Below, piece by piece: positions 49,105-63,789 of a stretch of 64,000 nt of DNA. The notes under the pieces are model-generated. The model had not been told where the DNA came from. It saw only the letters and a list, made by a program, of their open reading frames with translations, and did not search any database. Source of the stretch: Eledone cirrhosa (Eukaryota); assembly GCA_964016885.1 (NCBI GenBank), contig OZ024743.1:347262001-347326000 (forward strand), in the 5' to 3' direction. Position numbers and translations under genes: made by a program. Numbering within the stretch: position 1 is the stretch's first letter; every line of letters starts with the position of its first letter.

Positions 49105-51737
49105 TGTTCTTTGAGTCTCAGTCATTGAGGTTATTTAACTGGAAAGTTTGTTGAAATGAATATCAAACCGCTACCTGCAGCCTCAGATATACATGACGTA
49201 TCGGGGGGTTCTTGCTGTTCCCAGCAAGCATGCCTTTTGAAGTGTTCCAGAAAGCGGGGCTGGACTAACTTTCTTAAACCATCCTTGGAAACTCTTTGAG
49301 ATAGTACCTAGTGCGCCTATGACAATCGGGACGACTCTGTTTTCATGGCAGTTCCAAATCCTTTTTACCTCCCACTTTAAGTCTTGGTATCGGTTAATTT
49401 TCTCCCTCTCCTTTTCTTGCACACTCGTATCAAATGGGCAGGCTACATCTACAATCAGGCACGATCTTTGTTTCCTTGTCCAAAACCACCAGGTCAGGTC
49501 TATTGTGTTCCAGTTTCTTATCCGTCTGTATCCTAAAATCCCACAGCACCTTCACCTGATCGTTTTCTATCACCGACTCTGGCTTATGCTCATATCACTT
49601 CTCACAATGTGGTAAATTGTTTACTTTGCATAGGTGCCATTGGATCACCGTGTCCATCACATAATGTCTCCAGCCCTTATAGTGAGTCTGGGCTAGATGT
49701 TTCCACTCGGATACAATGTGAGCCACAGTCTCCTCTCTCTCTCCACAGATCCTACACAGTGGGCTAGCCTCCACCTTGTAAATATGGTGTTTCACCCACT
49801 TCGTTTTGAGTGCTTGCTCTTGCGCAGCCATTAGCATTCCTTCTGTAGCCTTTTTAAGGTCTCCTCTTTTTAACCAGTTCCATGTCTGTGGATCTCTAAA
49901 TTCAGTTTCATCTGGGCCTGGTGATTTCCTCTGTTCTATTGTCCTCACCTTCAGTATAAATCTGAGCATTGGCTCCCTAATAGCAGTCACGTATTTGTGT
50001 AGGTTGTTTTTCTCCATCTGGACACAGTCCTCTATGCTGATAAGACCTCTTCCACCTCCAGATCTCCTTAAGTAGAGTCTATCGACATCACTCCTTTTGT
50101 GGAACATGTTGTAGATAGTCAATAGCTTCCGGGTCTTCCTATCCATTTCTTTTTGTTCAGCAACATTCCATTTCAGAATTCCCGCACTGTACCTAATAAT
50201 AGACACAGCTCGGGAATTCACTGCACTTATGACATTCCTACTATTTAGATGTGATTTTAATACACTCCTTACTCTCCTAATGTACTCAGATCTTATCATT
50301 TCCTTCATTTTTCGCAATATAATGGTCAGGGGTATCAGGGCAAGGACAAACAACAGAGGGGACATACTATCTCCCTGGAAGATACCTCCCTTGAACTTCA
50401 CGCCTCCCAAGGATTCTCCACCCAATGTTAATTCTGTTTCCCAGGACTTCATACTTTTGCTCAACAACTGTCTGATGTTATCTGCCACCTTGAAGACCTT
50501 TAGGCTTTTGGATATCCAAGAATGAGGTACCATGTCGAATGCCTTTTTGTAGTCTATCCATCCCATGGCAAGACCAGTGTGTCTCCTCTTGCAATTCCTC
50601 ATTACCATCTTATCAATAAGTAGCTGGTCTTTTGTACCACGGGACTTCTTTCAGCATCCTTTCTGTTCGTCCGGTAACAAGTTGTTTGTGTGGAGGCGAT
50701 GGTAGATTTCCTCAGACACAATGCTTGTAAACAGTTTCCACATTACGGATAGACATGTGATAGGTCTATAGTTGGTAACATCATTACCCTTGATTCGGTC
50801 TTTCATTACCAGGACTGTGGTACCCTTTGTCAACGACTCTGGTACCTCACCCGACATCAAGCAGTCATTGAACATGGTTGTCCGTTTCGGGTGGAGGGAT
50901 GTTATATTTTTAATCCAATACCCCTGCAGACCATCTGGGCCTGGTGATTTCCCGCTGGTTAGTTTTCTGGCCTGCCCTTTAAGAGTTTCAACTCTATACT
51001 TAAATCAGTTTGTTGGTGTGCATGTTCACTTATCTCCTTTTGTACTGTCTCAATCCACATTGCCTGATCATTATGTTCAACATCCTGCTCCCATATTCCT
51101 CTCCAGAATGTCTTAGTCTGTTCCGCCTCAGGGATTATGTCGTTGTTTCTTTCTTTCCCTTCAAGCTGCCCAAACAACATCTTCTGGCTGTTGTCAAACA
51201 TGCGCTCCTGTCTATAATGACTCTGCTCTCTTATCACCTAATCTTTGCACTCTTTGCTACAATGCGTTGCTTCAGTTCCTCTATGATAATATTCAGCCTT
51301 TTCCTCTTAGTTTTGTACTTTATTTCCAGTCTATTTTTAGTGTCTATGTTTTGTAGTGTCCCACTCAGTAGGGACTCAAGCATTCCAATGTCATTTCTCA
51401 TTTCCTTGATTTGACCATTCAGTCGTTTCTTCCACCAAGGTTCTGATATTTCTTGCTTGTTGTTTCCTCTCGTTTTTATGCCAAGTAATTGTCTCACCGC
51501 ATCTGCTGTTGCTTTGAGGATACAGTTGCATTGGTGAAGGTTCCTCGCCTCAAGGTATGGGATGACTTTGTTTACCTTAGCTGTTGTTTCTTTTAACTTT
51601 TTCCTGTCTACAAATCTTAGGTTCATAGGTTTCCCACTCTCATTGTTCATTTTATCTAACACTAAGTTTAGGGTATCAACCAAATCTTGTCCTAGCCCGT
51701 CAGCATTCATTTCCTCAATGGCCGCCAGTTTGTTCCA
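49105..51737 (-). mobile_element. Second R4/Dong-clade element, 5'-truncated and decayed
   Basis: [80 protein letters not shown]; 3' end abuts (TAA)n. Confidence 0.9.
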
Positions 51738-54700
51738 GACTGGAACGGGATCTTAGATGCACGCTGTGACTGTTTGGGATTAGCGGATAGGAGAGGAGGG
51801 TGCAAGAGCCTCACCAAACTGATCAGGCGTTTTGAACTGTCTGACACGTACCGATTGGATTTCCCGACCGTGCCAATGTGGACTTGGACAAACCGCATCG
51901 GATCATCCAGATCCTATCTAGATAGAGTATTTTGCAGGGAAATAGATAGGTCTAGCATAGACTGTCCACAATTCAAGATAGTCGACTACACGGACACAAA
52001 TTCTTGATCTGTGTGCTTGACTTAGATAGGGTTCATAGACGAGGACCTGGCTACTGGAAGCTAAATGCATCCTTATCAGCGCGCAAGGCCTACAGAGACC
52101 GGATTAGCAAACTATTTAAGCGGCCGTTGACGGGAGCCATCGTCAACAACAAATCGTGGTTTGCTCTGAAAAGAGCGATTAGAATAGAGTCTATTAGTTT
52201 TAGTAAGGCTTTAGCTGTAGAGAAAAATAGAGCAAAGGGAGGACTAGTTAGAAAATTAGACGAGGCGCTTAGCAAAGGCATCGCGACTGACGTACTTGCG
52301 GCGAAATTGGCCCTTGACCAATTCTTCAATGCAAATCACGAAGGCGGCGTTGTTAGAGCTAGGGTGCGTGCTCTCAGACACGAGAGGACGAAAGCCGTTC
52401 AATGGGCCCGAGTGGCGGAGGCGCGTCGTGGCAACAAAGCCACGATCCGGTCTTTGGTGGGTCACGACTGGCGCATGCTACTCGATCCCGGGAAAATGTG
52501 TAAAGCTTTTCAGCGTTACTTCGCTCAGCTGTTCGGGGGAAGCGGCGGGTCGGATCGAGGGATGGACTATAGTGCCTACCTGGACGGACTGCCGAGGCTC
52601 TCGGCCACTGAGTCGGAGTGTTGCGAAAAGCCGATAACAGCCGCTGAAGTAAGGGAGGCAATGACTCGCTGCACAAGGGGTAAATCGCCTGGTTTGGATG
52701 GTCTGCCCTATGAACTTTACGTACAGATGCCAGACTTGTTCGGAGGCCTCTTGGCGGACGTCTACTGCAACTGGCAACAGAACGGGAAAATTCCCAGCTC
52801 TGTGAGCCGAGGAGCTGTGGCGCTGCTGAGAAAGGATCCGAACAAGGGGGAGAACATAGATAATTTTAGGCCCATAACTCTGCTAAACACAGAGTTCAAG
52901 ATTTTGGACAAGGTGCTAGTAAAGAGGTTGGCGCTTGTCGCTGGTGGTCTGGTGGGAGAGGCGCAGACATGCGCCATTCCCGACAAATCCTTCCACGACA
53001 ACCTCCACCTCATGCGATACATTGTAGAGAGGGTAGCTAGGGAACCTTGCATGGGTGGGTCCTTGATCAATTTAGATCAGTCGAAAGCTTTCGATAGGGT
53101 CGACCATCGTTACCTAGCGGCAGTCCTGAGGGCGGCTGGATTTGGGCCCGTCTTCAGAGGCTGGATCGCTGCCATGCACAGCGACATCTGCTCTGTGGTG
53201 AGAGTGAACGGTCACCTTTCGGAACCGTTCAACATCATGCGCTCGGTCCGCCAATGTTGTTCCCTCTCGTCCCTCTTGTACGTATTGATTCTCGAGCCAT
53301 TACTGCACAAACTGGAGACGTTGAGGGGGGTCCAGTGCGAACTAGGATGCGGAAGATCCGTATCAGCATATGCGGACGATGTCACCGTAGTGGTGTCGAA
53401 CTCCAAACACATCTAGGCGATCGGCACTACACTAAGAGAATACGAAGCGGTGACAGGAGCAATGATCAACCAGTAAAAGTCAGTGGGCCTGCAGCTCGAC
53501 ACCTGGAGAGGCAGGTCCATGCCGTCCAACAGCGTCGTCGGGCGCTGGAAGGACGGACCAGTTAAATTGCTCGGGGTCTGGTTCGGTCCGGATCTCCAGA
53601 CGGACAAAAACTGGGACGAGGTGACGAGCAGGGTGGCTTCTCTCACCCAGAAATGGGCGGATAGGAAGCTATCCCTGAAAGGTCGAGTGGAGGTGGCTAA
53701 CGCGTACATCGCGTCCGTCATCTATTACCGCCTGACCGTCGTACCTTGTCCTAAGCCCCGCCTGACTGCGCTGGAGCCTTTGCTCTTTCGCTTTTTGTGG
53801 AAGGGACGCGCTCCGATGGTCAGGCGGTCCATCTGCTGTCAACACCCGCTACGTGGAAGGCTGGGCTTGCCGTGGCTGATCATGCGCAGACACGCGCTCA
53901 GGCTACGACATCTCCACATCTTCCTCGGCGGTGATCAGGTGTGGTCGCCGTTTGCTAGAGACGTCTTTCCCCAGCTCGTCTCCTTGACGGAGCTGCTGTT
54001 CTGGGTCAAGCGAAGAACGAGAGGGAGCGTTTGGAGACTGCAATGTCTTCAGGCGCTCACAGCCCTCGACCAATCGGACAATGTGATCGGTGGAAACTCC
54101 ACCTTGGCATTCTATAGAGGATTAGTGGAGGGGAAGAGCGACGACGTACTTGGGGAAACTCTAGGCGTCGACTAAAATCAACTAGCCAATCTCTTCGGAA
54201 GAACTTTCGGGCCGGGGCCTATGGACAACTTCCAGAAATCCCTGGCCTGGCAGTGCTACCGAGGAGATTTGCCAGTTCGGGATAAACTCTACAGGCATGG
54301 AGGTGCCGTCAGCCGGGCATGTCCGAGATGCGCGCAGGGCGACGAAACCGTCCCGCACGCACTAGTCCAGTGTCCGAGCATTGCTGACTTGTGGGTTTAT
54401 GTCGAACACCTGCTGTCGCGTGTGGGACGGATCCAGCTATCAGCTGAGTCCATTGTGAGGATTGCCCCGCCCTCTTCCTTTAGCTGGAAAGGGCAGGCAA
54501 TTTTTATCTGTCTGGTGGCCATGACGAAAGTGATAGTATGGTGGACACGTTTGAAAGGAATGAAGACGAGCACTTACCTCTTCGGTGATGCCCTGATTAA
54601 CTTTTTTCAAATTTCATTTGAAAAGGAAAATCAGGGTAGAAAGGGAAGTGCTCTCTTCCCAACATTTTGTTGAAAGATGGGTGAGAGAAGCAAGTATGGC

Positions 54701-54980
54701 CCGAATGAATGGGCCTTCTCTGAATATGTGTCTGTAAATTAAATGTGGAAAACTGGGAGAGGGCACTTGCCCTGGTGGTCAGGGTCACTGTGGTCTTTTA
54801 ATGGGCTTTCTCCACAAATGTCCCTCGGAAGTCTCCCCCCTATTGGGGAATTTTTCTTTGTTATTTTATTACATCCTCTGTTTTTTTACCCGCAGAAATG
54901 CCCATTTGTACCGTCCTGTATTGTCCTGTACTGTCCTTAATGTCTACTTTATGTAAACCCTTGTGGTTAATAAAGAAAAC
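51738..54980 (+). mobile_element. 5'-truncated Tx1-type LINE (related subfamily), with stops and frameshifts
   Basis: Starts at DWNGILDAR within the APE domain; RT with YADD; CPRC zinc finger; 3' UTR AATAAAGAAAAC followed by (ATT)n. Confidence 0.93.
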
Positions 54981-55066
<86 letters not shown>

Positions 55067-55189
55067 TTCTAAATATATTTCTTATATTTCTAAATATTTT
55101 TTTACAGCTGACCGACAGGAAGTAAATAATATATTGTTTAACAGAAAATGAAGAAGCAGTAAAAGAAAATAATATACTTATAACACACA

Positions 55190-55247
<58 letters not shown>

Positions 55248-55342
55248 CACACACACATACATACAAACACACACGCACAGACACGCACACATACACTTAC
55301 ACACACATATGTATGAATATATATATATAATATATATATATG

Positions 55343-55396
<54 letters not shown>

Positions 55397-55401
<5 letters not shown>

Positions 55402-56788
55402 TAAAATAACAGATTAAAGTTTAAGCAAAGAATCGCTGCTTTCACCCTTAACGGGATCTTCTGAAACTAACAGAGTCAATTTGTAAACGCAGCACTGGAT
55501 ATTTAAAAAAACGTTGCAACCGGAGGAAGACAGGAAGACGATACTTTGGTTCGTGGAAACGTTCGCTGGCGAAGAAAGGGAAAAAACGCATAATACGTCA
55601 TTAATAGGAGCGGTGAAAAACATTTACGCGCAAAGACACAACCATGTTTATGGTATAAAAGAGGTCGTAGACTAATGTTCTCTTAGGTGGTGCATAGAGA
55701 CGTTCTCTGGCGATGAACGAAAAAACGAAGATAATACGTCATATGTGTAGCGTGGAGAACAATAGCACGCAAAGACAAAACCACGTAAATGGTATAGCAG
55801 AAGTCGTAGACTAAAATTCTAACTAGGAGACCAAATGAATCTCCGCTACAGAGTTAAGAACAAAGTAAATAAATACAATACAGAAGTAATAAATAAATAC
55901 ATACGCGCAAACAAAAACGTACATAAACAAGCATACGCAAAACCTTACCATAGGTATACAAAACCACGCACGTATAAATATGTGTGTGTATGCGTGTATA
56001 CAAATAAATAAATAATTATATAAACGTATATAAATAAATAAATACGTATATAACAAGTGCACACACATACCTGCAAATAAATACACGAATGTTCGGAGAC
56101 GTAAGTCAACTAAAACAAGAAGTACACATATACACTAACCCACCATACGTACGAACCTACATAATCACACAGACGTAAAAACTCCCGTATACACATAACC
56201 AAACCCTATGTACCAGAATATATAAATTTATAAGCCATAGCAATCAAATATACGTACGAGAAGGTATACGTACCTTCACAAAACATACGGGTAGTATATA
56301 CTTACCTATGCAAATATGTAAAGGAATAAACAAAACATATACTTAGCTCCCACATCAAGACGTAAAATATCCACGTATAGATCGTACTATCCGTTAGGGT
56401 ATAACGTGGGGCTGTAATACAGGAAAGTTTTGTGCAATTTATGTTTACAAGCCGAAATTGCCTCAGATTTTTTGTTTAAGATGTGGTCTGCGGCGTAGAG
56501 TATTTCCAGGGCCTCAGCGGCGCAGAGGTCACATGGTCTTTTATTTCCGTTATACGATCTAGCCCTAGCTAGCATCTCCCAGTGTAACTTATATTGGGTG
56601 TGGTTGTCTTTTAGACTCCAGATATAAGCTGAAAGTGACGTCATATTCCTTCTTAGAGGGTAACGAAAAGAATGGGTATGCATGTAAAGACGCTGCTTGA
56701 AACTATTGGCGGTTAACCCTATGTAGGCCCTACGGGACGTGGGTGTTACAACCTTACATTTGTAGACAATCCAATTTCTCTTGACCAT
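55397..56788 (-). mobile_element. 5'-truncated Penelope-like element: GIY-YIG domain plus about 1-kb 3' UTR
   Basis: ORF 56387-56788: IVYKCKV...YIGLT..FKQR...TSLSAYIWSLK...CDLCAAE...LNKKSE..CKH; the UTR ends in (TA)n. Confidence 0.9.
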
Positions 56789-57360
56789 TATCTTTTACTT
56801 GTCATAAAATTCTCTAAAAATGCAACAGAATGGATTTCCAAATAAGGGCTCGAAAATTTAATGAAAACTTGTTCACGTGACAACCATAATTTCATTTATA
56901 ATCAATCAAATTACGTTTATGAAAAAAGGCCTTCGTGAGCCCCCTTTTTTTAAGTAAAAAATATTCAAACACTCATATATGAAAAAAACAACCTGTGACC
57001 CCCCCCCCCCCCCTCATGTTTGAAGAACTTTGTAACGCGAACTGGCGCGAAATTTATTATAATTATTGACCAACCAATCAAATTACTTCTCGAAAAACCT
57101 GGCATTTCGAGCCACTTTTTTCCATATAAAACAAGTAACATTCAGAGACCAACCAGATGTGAGAAAAACCACAGACCCTCCATCTCAACTCTACTTTTGA
57201 AAAGCAGAAGAAGTGCGAAACTGGTAAAGGAACCAAATAAATATATATATTTTTTTAAAAATAAGACTCCAGTTGCATTTTCGATTTCATCTTTTATTCT
57301 TTATACTTTCACTCGTGTAGGACACCTCGGTTATTTTTCCTTTTGTAAAAAAAACCTCAC

Positions 57361-57435
<75 letters not shown>

Positions 57436-57666
57436 CTGATGCAGATATATGTGTGTGAGTTTCTCTATAGTGTTTTGCTCTTACAATAAAAGACACCATA
57501 ATAACCGAGAATATATGGGTTAAATCTGTATTGTAAATATATATATATATACACACACACATACATATGTATATATTTATGTGTGTGTGGTGTGTGTGTG
57601 TGTGTGTGTGTGCATGTATGAATGTATGTTTGTGGATGTGTGTATGAATGTATGTATGCACACACG

Positions 57667-57734
<68 letters not shown>

Positions 57735-58445
57735 TATATGTCATGTATATAAAAGGGTGTAGTTTGTATATTTGTATATACTTTCTCATGTAAATATATA
57801 TGTTAATATATGTATATTTATTCTTGACTCTCCTGTATGAGTGTATATGTTGTAATGCCTGTGTGAGTTTATACGTGTCAGATGTGTGACATTTAAGTAT
57901 GAATATAGAAACATATATTATTAGAACTTCAATAATTTATTGCTCTTTAGTTCTTTAGAGAGTCTTTAAACTATGGCACTTCCGACCGTTTTTATATTAT
58001 TTTTCCATACATTCTCTGGAAGCATAAATATTTGTTTCATTTACCAAATAGAAACCTCTCACAAATACACACATGCACACAAAATCATTTACACATATGT
58101 CTACGTTCATTCACTCACAGATGTATATACATGTATGATGTATGTATATACGTAGATATATTTTCTCCCTCCACGCTCTCTCTCTTTCTCTCTCTCTCTC
58201 TATGTATAAAAAGACTCACACATATATATAGCGCATGTGTAAGTACGTATGATTATATATCGATATTTATAGAGATATATTTATAGTTAGAATATCAATT
58301 ATGCAGATAGTTTATAGATATTTATACATTAAAGTGTATATATTCATACATACAAACACACACACACACAAATACATACATACACACACAGACATACATA
58401 TATATATATATATATATGTATACATGCATCTATGCATATATACAT

Positions 58446-58591
<146 letters not shown>

Positions 58592-58826
58592 GTGAGTGTG
58601 TGCATGTGTGTGTGTATGTGTGTGCATGTGTGTGTCTATGTGTCTGTGCGTGTGTGTGTTTATGTATGAACGCCATAAATTGCCTTAAATAGAAATAGAA
58701 TGTTTTAGAAGGCAAATATTTCAAGTATGGTAATAAAACCGATGGTACACTTGAAATATATAGTCCCCCACCACTACCACACATGCAAACACACACTCAA
58801 ACACATCTCACACCCACATGCACACG

Positions 58827-58874
<48 letters not shown>

Positions 58875-58879
58875 CATAT

Positions 58880-58921
<42 letters not shown>

Positions 58922-59367
58922 TTGTGAATATTAATATTTTGGTAAGAAATCAAAATATTATGATTCGCCGTGCAATATCGAAAATTGATTTTTTCAATAT
59001 CCGGTCAAACTACATGGCTTTATATAGGCCCAGACCACACATTCCCATACCTACATACACATATAGGATTATGCATATACATTATAGATATGATATAGAC
59101 TGATATATATATATATATATTTATATATTTGTGTGTATGTATATATATAAATAATTATTGTTTCTACTTTTGGCACACGGCCATAGATGTGATGTATGTA
59201 TATATGTAATTATTTATTTATGTATGATGTACCTATACACATACAATTGTGTGTTAATGCCATTAGGATCTATGATCACGCTGGTGCCTATTTAAATACT
59301 TCTAAATGTTGCCTATCTTTGATGTATATTTTATTAAATCTACCAACTTGATTTGGCATTATTATGT

Positions 59368-59540
59368 GCATTGGCAGTATGGGTGGAGGGTCGGACGCCA
59401 TGCTTTCCAGCATAGTTACGTCCCTTTACGATCTGAGTTCAAATCCGGCCGAAGTTGACTTTGCCTTTCATCCTTACGGGGTCGAGAAAATAAAGTACCA
59501 GTAATTGCTGGCCTTGTGCCTAACGTAGAAACAATTATTT
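59368..59540 (+). mobile_element. tRNA-derived SINE (OK-like)
   Basis: Nearly identical in reverse complement to 62215-62390. Confidence 0.87.
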
Positions 59541-62214
59541 TCTATTATGCGTACTTCAAGTTTTTGTGGAAGTTTCTCGCATTGATTCCACACTCTGCGT
59601 GTGTATTTGAAGGACATTTGTTAGTTTATTTGGTTCTTGTTCCACTAATTGAACATCGGAATCGTCTGCTCATGGTAATAATGTACAAAGAGCTAAGCAT
59701 TCCACTATCTTGTGCACATTTAGCGTAGTTATTAGTGTGAATGAGTTTGACCCACTGGGTGTCATATCTGGCTCTTTGAATTAGAGGTACAACTCCTTAT
59801 TGCCAGCTGAATAGAATGGACATTTTAAAAATAAAATGTCTTGATAGAGTACACAACGTGTCACCGAGAATTGCACTCTCGTCTTTACAATCTCTGCACG
59901 AAACCTTAACACCTAAACAACGCAACTTTGCATTCTACACTACATTACATGATATCTGTTTTAACGGTTTTAGTTTCGAGTTGGCAGATCCTGACATAAT
60001 CCTCGGACCAACTTCACCCTGGATTTCGCTGATGATAGCCACACCATCTGTTTCAACGATGAGCACTCATTAGTTCGATCAACTGATCTCGTGTGTTAAC
60101 CTACAATGGATTAAGTATTTCTCAGACACGTGTATCTTTAACGTAGTTCTTAGGGAGATTCAATGGGACAGAGTGTGTTTTAAGCCTGACTCATTGAATT
60201 AAATGTATAATGCAAGTTTCCAAATGTTTTTCATCTGTCCGAAGTCTATTACTAGCCTCTGGTCATCACAAGGCTATGGTAAATGGTATATACCCAAGAT
60301 GCCACAAAATGGATTTGAATCCGGGAAATTGTGATTCTGAAGTGAACTGCTCAACCCCTCCGCCATAGTTGCATTATGGACGATATAATAAATCTGAAAC
60401 AAAGCATTACACCAACCAATGATTATCATGTCCTTTTAGAATCGCAGATTTCACTAAGATCTTCTGTGTTATTATCTCATACAGTGTCTCTGGACTTTTG
60501 AATATAGAGACCCAATCATTGACTTTCTTTCCGGAGATATAAAATTGTATTTACATTCAGAACAATCGGAGCCTGATGAGAAACAGCAAGTCATCTAGTT
60601 AACTTTCGTTTTAGATTACAACTTTATTTATCGACCTCGGAAGGTTTTGAATACAGAAAACAGAGCTGGAACAAATAATACAAGCCATTTAATCTGGAGC
60701 TTTAATGACTCAATCCATTCGTCGTCTTTATATGCCCTGTTGCAAAAAAATTGATTCGGTCATGTGTTTCATCTCTGTTATATAATCCTTTCCCTATAGA
60801 TTTGCAAGCTGGGCATGTGTCGCATCAACCTCATAATACTGTGAGGTTCTACGATATTTTTGTCAATTGTCCTGTCGTCCCGTTGTTAATCTCTTTTAAA
60901 ATATCGTCAACAAACCGTATAAAGCCGTACTAATGTATAGCGTCCGTTGTATGAATCGTGACTTGTTATCGATCCACCCGTCGGACGTCTGTGATTGCCG
61001 TACATGGTTAGCTGCTGGTCAAATTACTGTTGATTCACTAGTTACAGTCAGCTCAATCTATTCCATTTGAACACTGATACATTTACTAGTAAGTCCACAT
61101 ATACAAGTATTATGCGCACGCAGCATTAGATAAAAGTATAAAGATATTCAAGGGTTCACACTGTGTAACACCCATGTATGTCATTCAACTGTTTAGCCTA
61201 ATGTGACTGTACATTTTGTGCAACTAAACCCACTCATTTTACAGGACTTTCTCTTTTCATGCCATACTGTATCGACAAATTGGCAGAGTCTTTTGAGTAT
61301 CTGAGTAAATGTATTTGGTTTTATATTCTAGGTCTCTGCGCATTGAGTTCAAGATCTGGCGAGGTCATCTTTCCCTTTCTTCATTTCATGGTCAATAAAA
61401 ATTACCTGTGTAGAGTGAGGAATCGATAGAATTGGTAGAGTGTCGAAATACATGCCTTGTGAAATTTTGTTCGGTCCTTTGCGTCCTGAATACTCTTGCA
61501 ATGCCACTGGTACCAAGCGGCAGCAGCCCTCGGCTTTCCTATCGACAACTTCAATGATGTGAAAAAGGGAGAAATTAAGGCATTGGCGACTGTTGTTCTT
61601 ACAAAGACACACACATACACACACAGGCGCTGGCACACACACACACACAGAAACACACACACATACACACTCACACACATACACAAACACACTCCCACAC
61701 ACACATACACATTGCCTAGGTCTTTGCTTCAGATAGGAACTTTCCAGAAGCTAATCCAAGGTCTCACAACACAGGAGAAAGCCCTGAGCTGTATCTTATA
61801 TCTTTCAGGGTTTTCTGCAAGTTGTAAATCTACATGAACATGTGAAAGTGTATCTTGGCCGAGTAAATGTTATCAATCTTCTATTACTGAAACGGGGTCG
61901 ATATTATCGATGATTTTTCTCCATCCTAAAGTGATGGAAACAGAATTGACCCCGACAAAATTTGACCTCGGGGCATGGAGGGAATTAACTAAATACCACA
62001 ATCATTCTCTCTGCCACAGAGTGTATTTAATCAACGCCTAGTATATGTCAGTAAGTAGGGTACAGATTCACAAGGATTGACAAGTAAGTTGGCTTTGACG
62101 GGATTTGAACGTAACGCGCAAAGAGGCGTAAACTAAAATCAACAAGCCATTCAACTGATTCAGTCATCTAGCAACATATAAGATAGCTAAATCCTTAGAA
62201 CATGTTAAAATAAC

Positions 62215-62390
62215 TGTTTCTACTTTTAGGCACAAGGCCAGCAATTACCCAGTGCATTACCGGTACTTTATTTTATCGACCCCGTAAGGATGAAAGGCAA
62301 AGTCAACCTCGGCGGGATTTGAACTCAGATCGTAAAGGGACGTAACTATGCTGGAAAGCATGGCGTCCGACCCTCTACTGATACTGCCAA
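62215..62390 (-). mobile_element. tRNA-derived SINE (OK-like)
   Basis: Plus strand GTACTTTATTTTATCGACCCCGTAAGGATGAAAGGCAAAGTCAACCTCGGCGGGATTTGAACTCAGA. Confidence 0.87.
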
Positions 62391-62473
62391 ATAACATGTG
62401 ATATTTGGTTACGGCTCTTTACGTTCTGATTTCGAATCATGCCGAGATTAATTTCTCCTATTATCCTTCTAAG

Positions 62474-62755
62474 TGGAGTCACGTGGCCTAGTGGGAAGGC
62501 TGTTAGACTTACGATCATAATGTCGTGGTTTCGATTCCTGGGTCGTGTGCTGTGTTCTTGAGCAAAACACTTCATTACACGTTGCTCCAATATACTCGGC
62601 TGAAAATGAGTACCAGCAATAGCTGGAGGTTTAACCCTGCGATGGACTGGCGTCCAGGGGGAAGTCTTGTACTCTCAGTCGCTTCACGCCATGAAACCGG
62701 GATAAGCACCATCCAAATGAGCCTTCTGGCTTAAGACAGACTTTAGACTTTTTAG
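62474..62755 (+). mobile_element. tRNA-derived SINE (second family) with Pol III A and B boxes
   Basis: A-box TGGCCTAGTGG, B-box GGTTTCGATTCC, core TTCTTGAGCAAAACACTT...AAAATGAGTACC, short repeat tail (TTTAGAC). Confidence 0.8.
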
Positions 62756-63094
62756 ATTATCCCTCTAAAGAGTTCAAGAAAATATAGTGCCTGTCAAGTC
62801 CCGAGGTCAATTTAATTGACTATATCGTTCCTTCATGTACTGAGTCTAATGGAAATTATAATTTACGCGATAAAAAAAGAAAGGAATGATGGTGATGGAC
62901 GGTACCAAAAAACGGGACAGCAGCAAGTAATGTTAATTATAGGAAATAATATATAAAAATTTCTAATTAATTTCTCAAAGAATTATAAAATAAACAAAAA
63001 TTAATACGGTTTATGTAGTTGTCAGTATTATTTTATATATTTTTCTTGTTAGTAGTACCAGATACAGCAACATCAGCAACAGCCGTAGTAGTAA

Positions 63095-63165
<71 letters not shown>

Positions 63166-63538
63166 TTTCGTGGTGACGGATGCGACAGGAACAATAGTGA
63201 TATTGATCACGGTGTAATTGTTTTTTTTTTTGTCTTACGTACTTCAGTACTATTACTGTTGTCTTTGGTGATGGTCATTAGTAGGTCGATTTTTGCAGAA
63301 ATAATGGGAAATTCCATAGTTTTCTTGTTTGCATCATTCTACAAATAAGTTGCAAATTCGTTTTGTTGTAGTTTATATCATTGGTGGTGCGACTACTGTT
63401 GGCTTTGCTTGTTGTTTTTCCGGTAGCTTTTATTTCGCAGCAAAATAAGTAGTGAAAACTTCCCATTTCTCCTCAGACCACCCACTTTACAATTGGGTGT
63501 ATATATTTACCTAACATGCACATAGATATATAGTAGCC

Positions 63539-63660
<122 letters not shown>

Positions 63661-63741
63661 AGAGAGGGACGTAGAAAAATAAACATATATATACATTAAA
63701 ACAAGTCGCACACACATATATACACACGCACAAACACACAC

Positions 63742-63789
<48 letters not shown>

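Noticed and set aside
60570-60595. CTGATGA-GAAAC as a hammerhead
   Set aside because: There is no stem II between the core segments and no stem I pairing.
59800-61860. Apparently unique sequence as possible host exons
   Set aside because: I found no convincing ORF with splice sites or a recognisable domain. Small exons cannot be excluded without RNA-seq.
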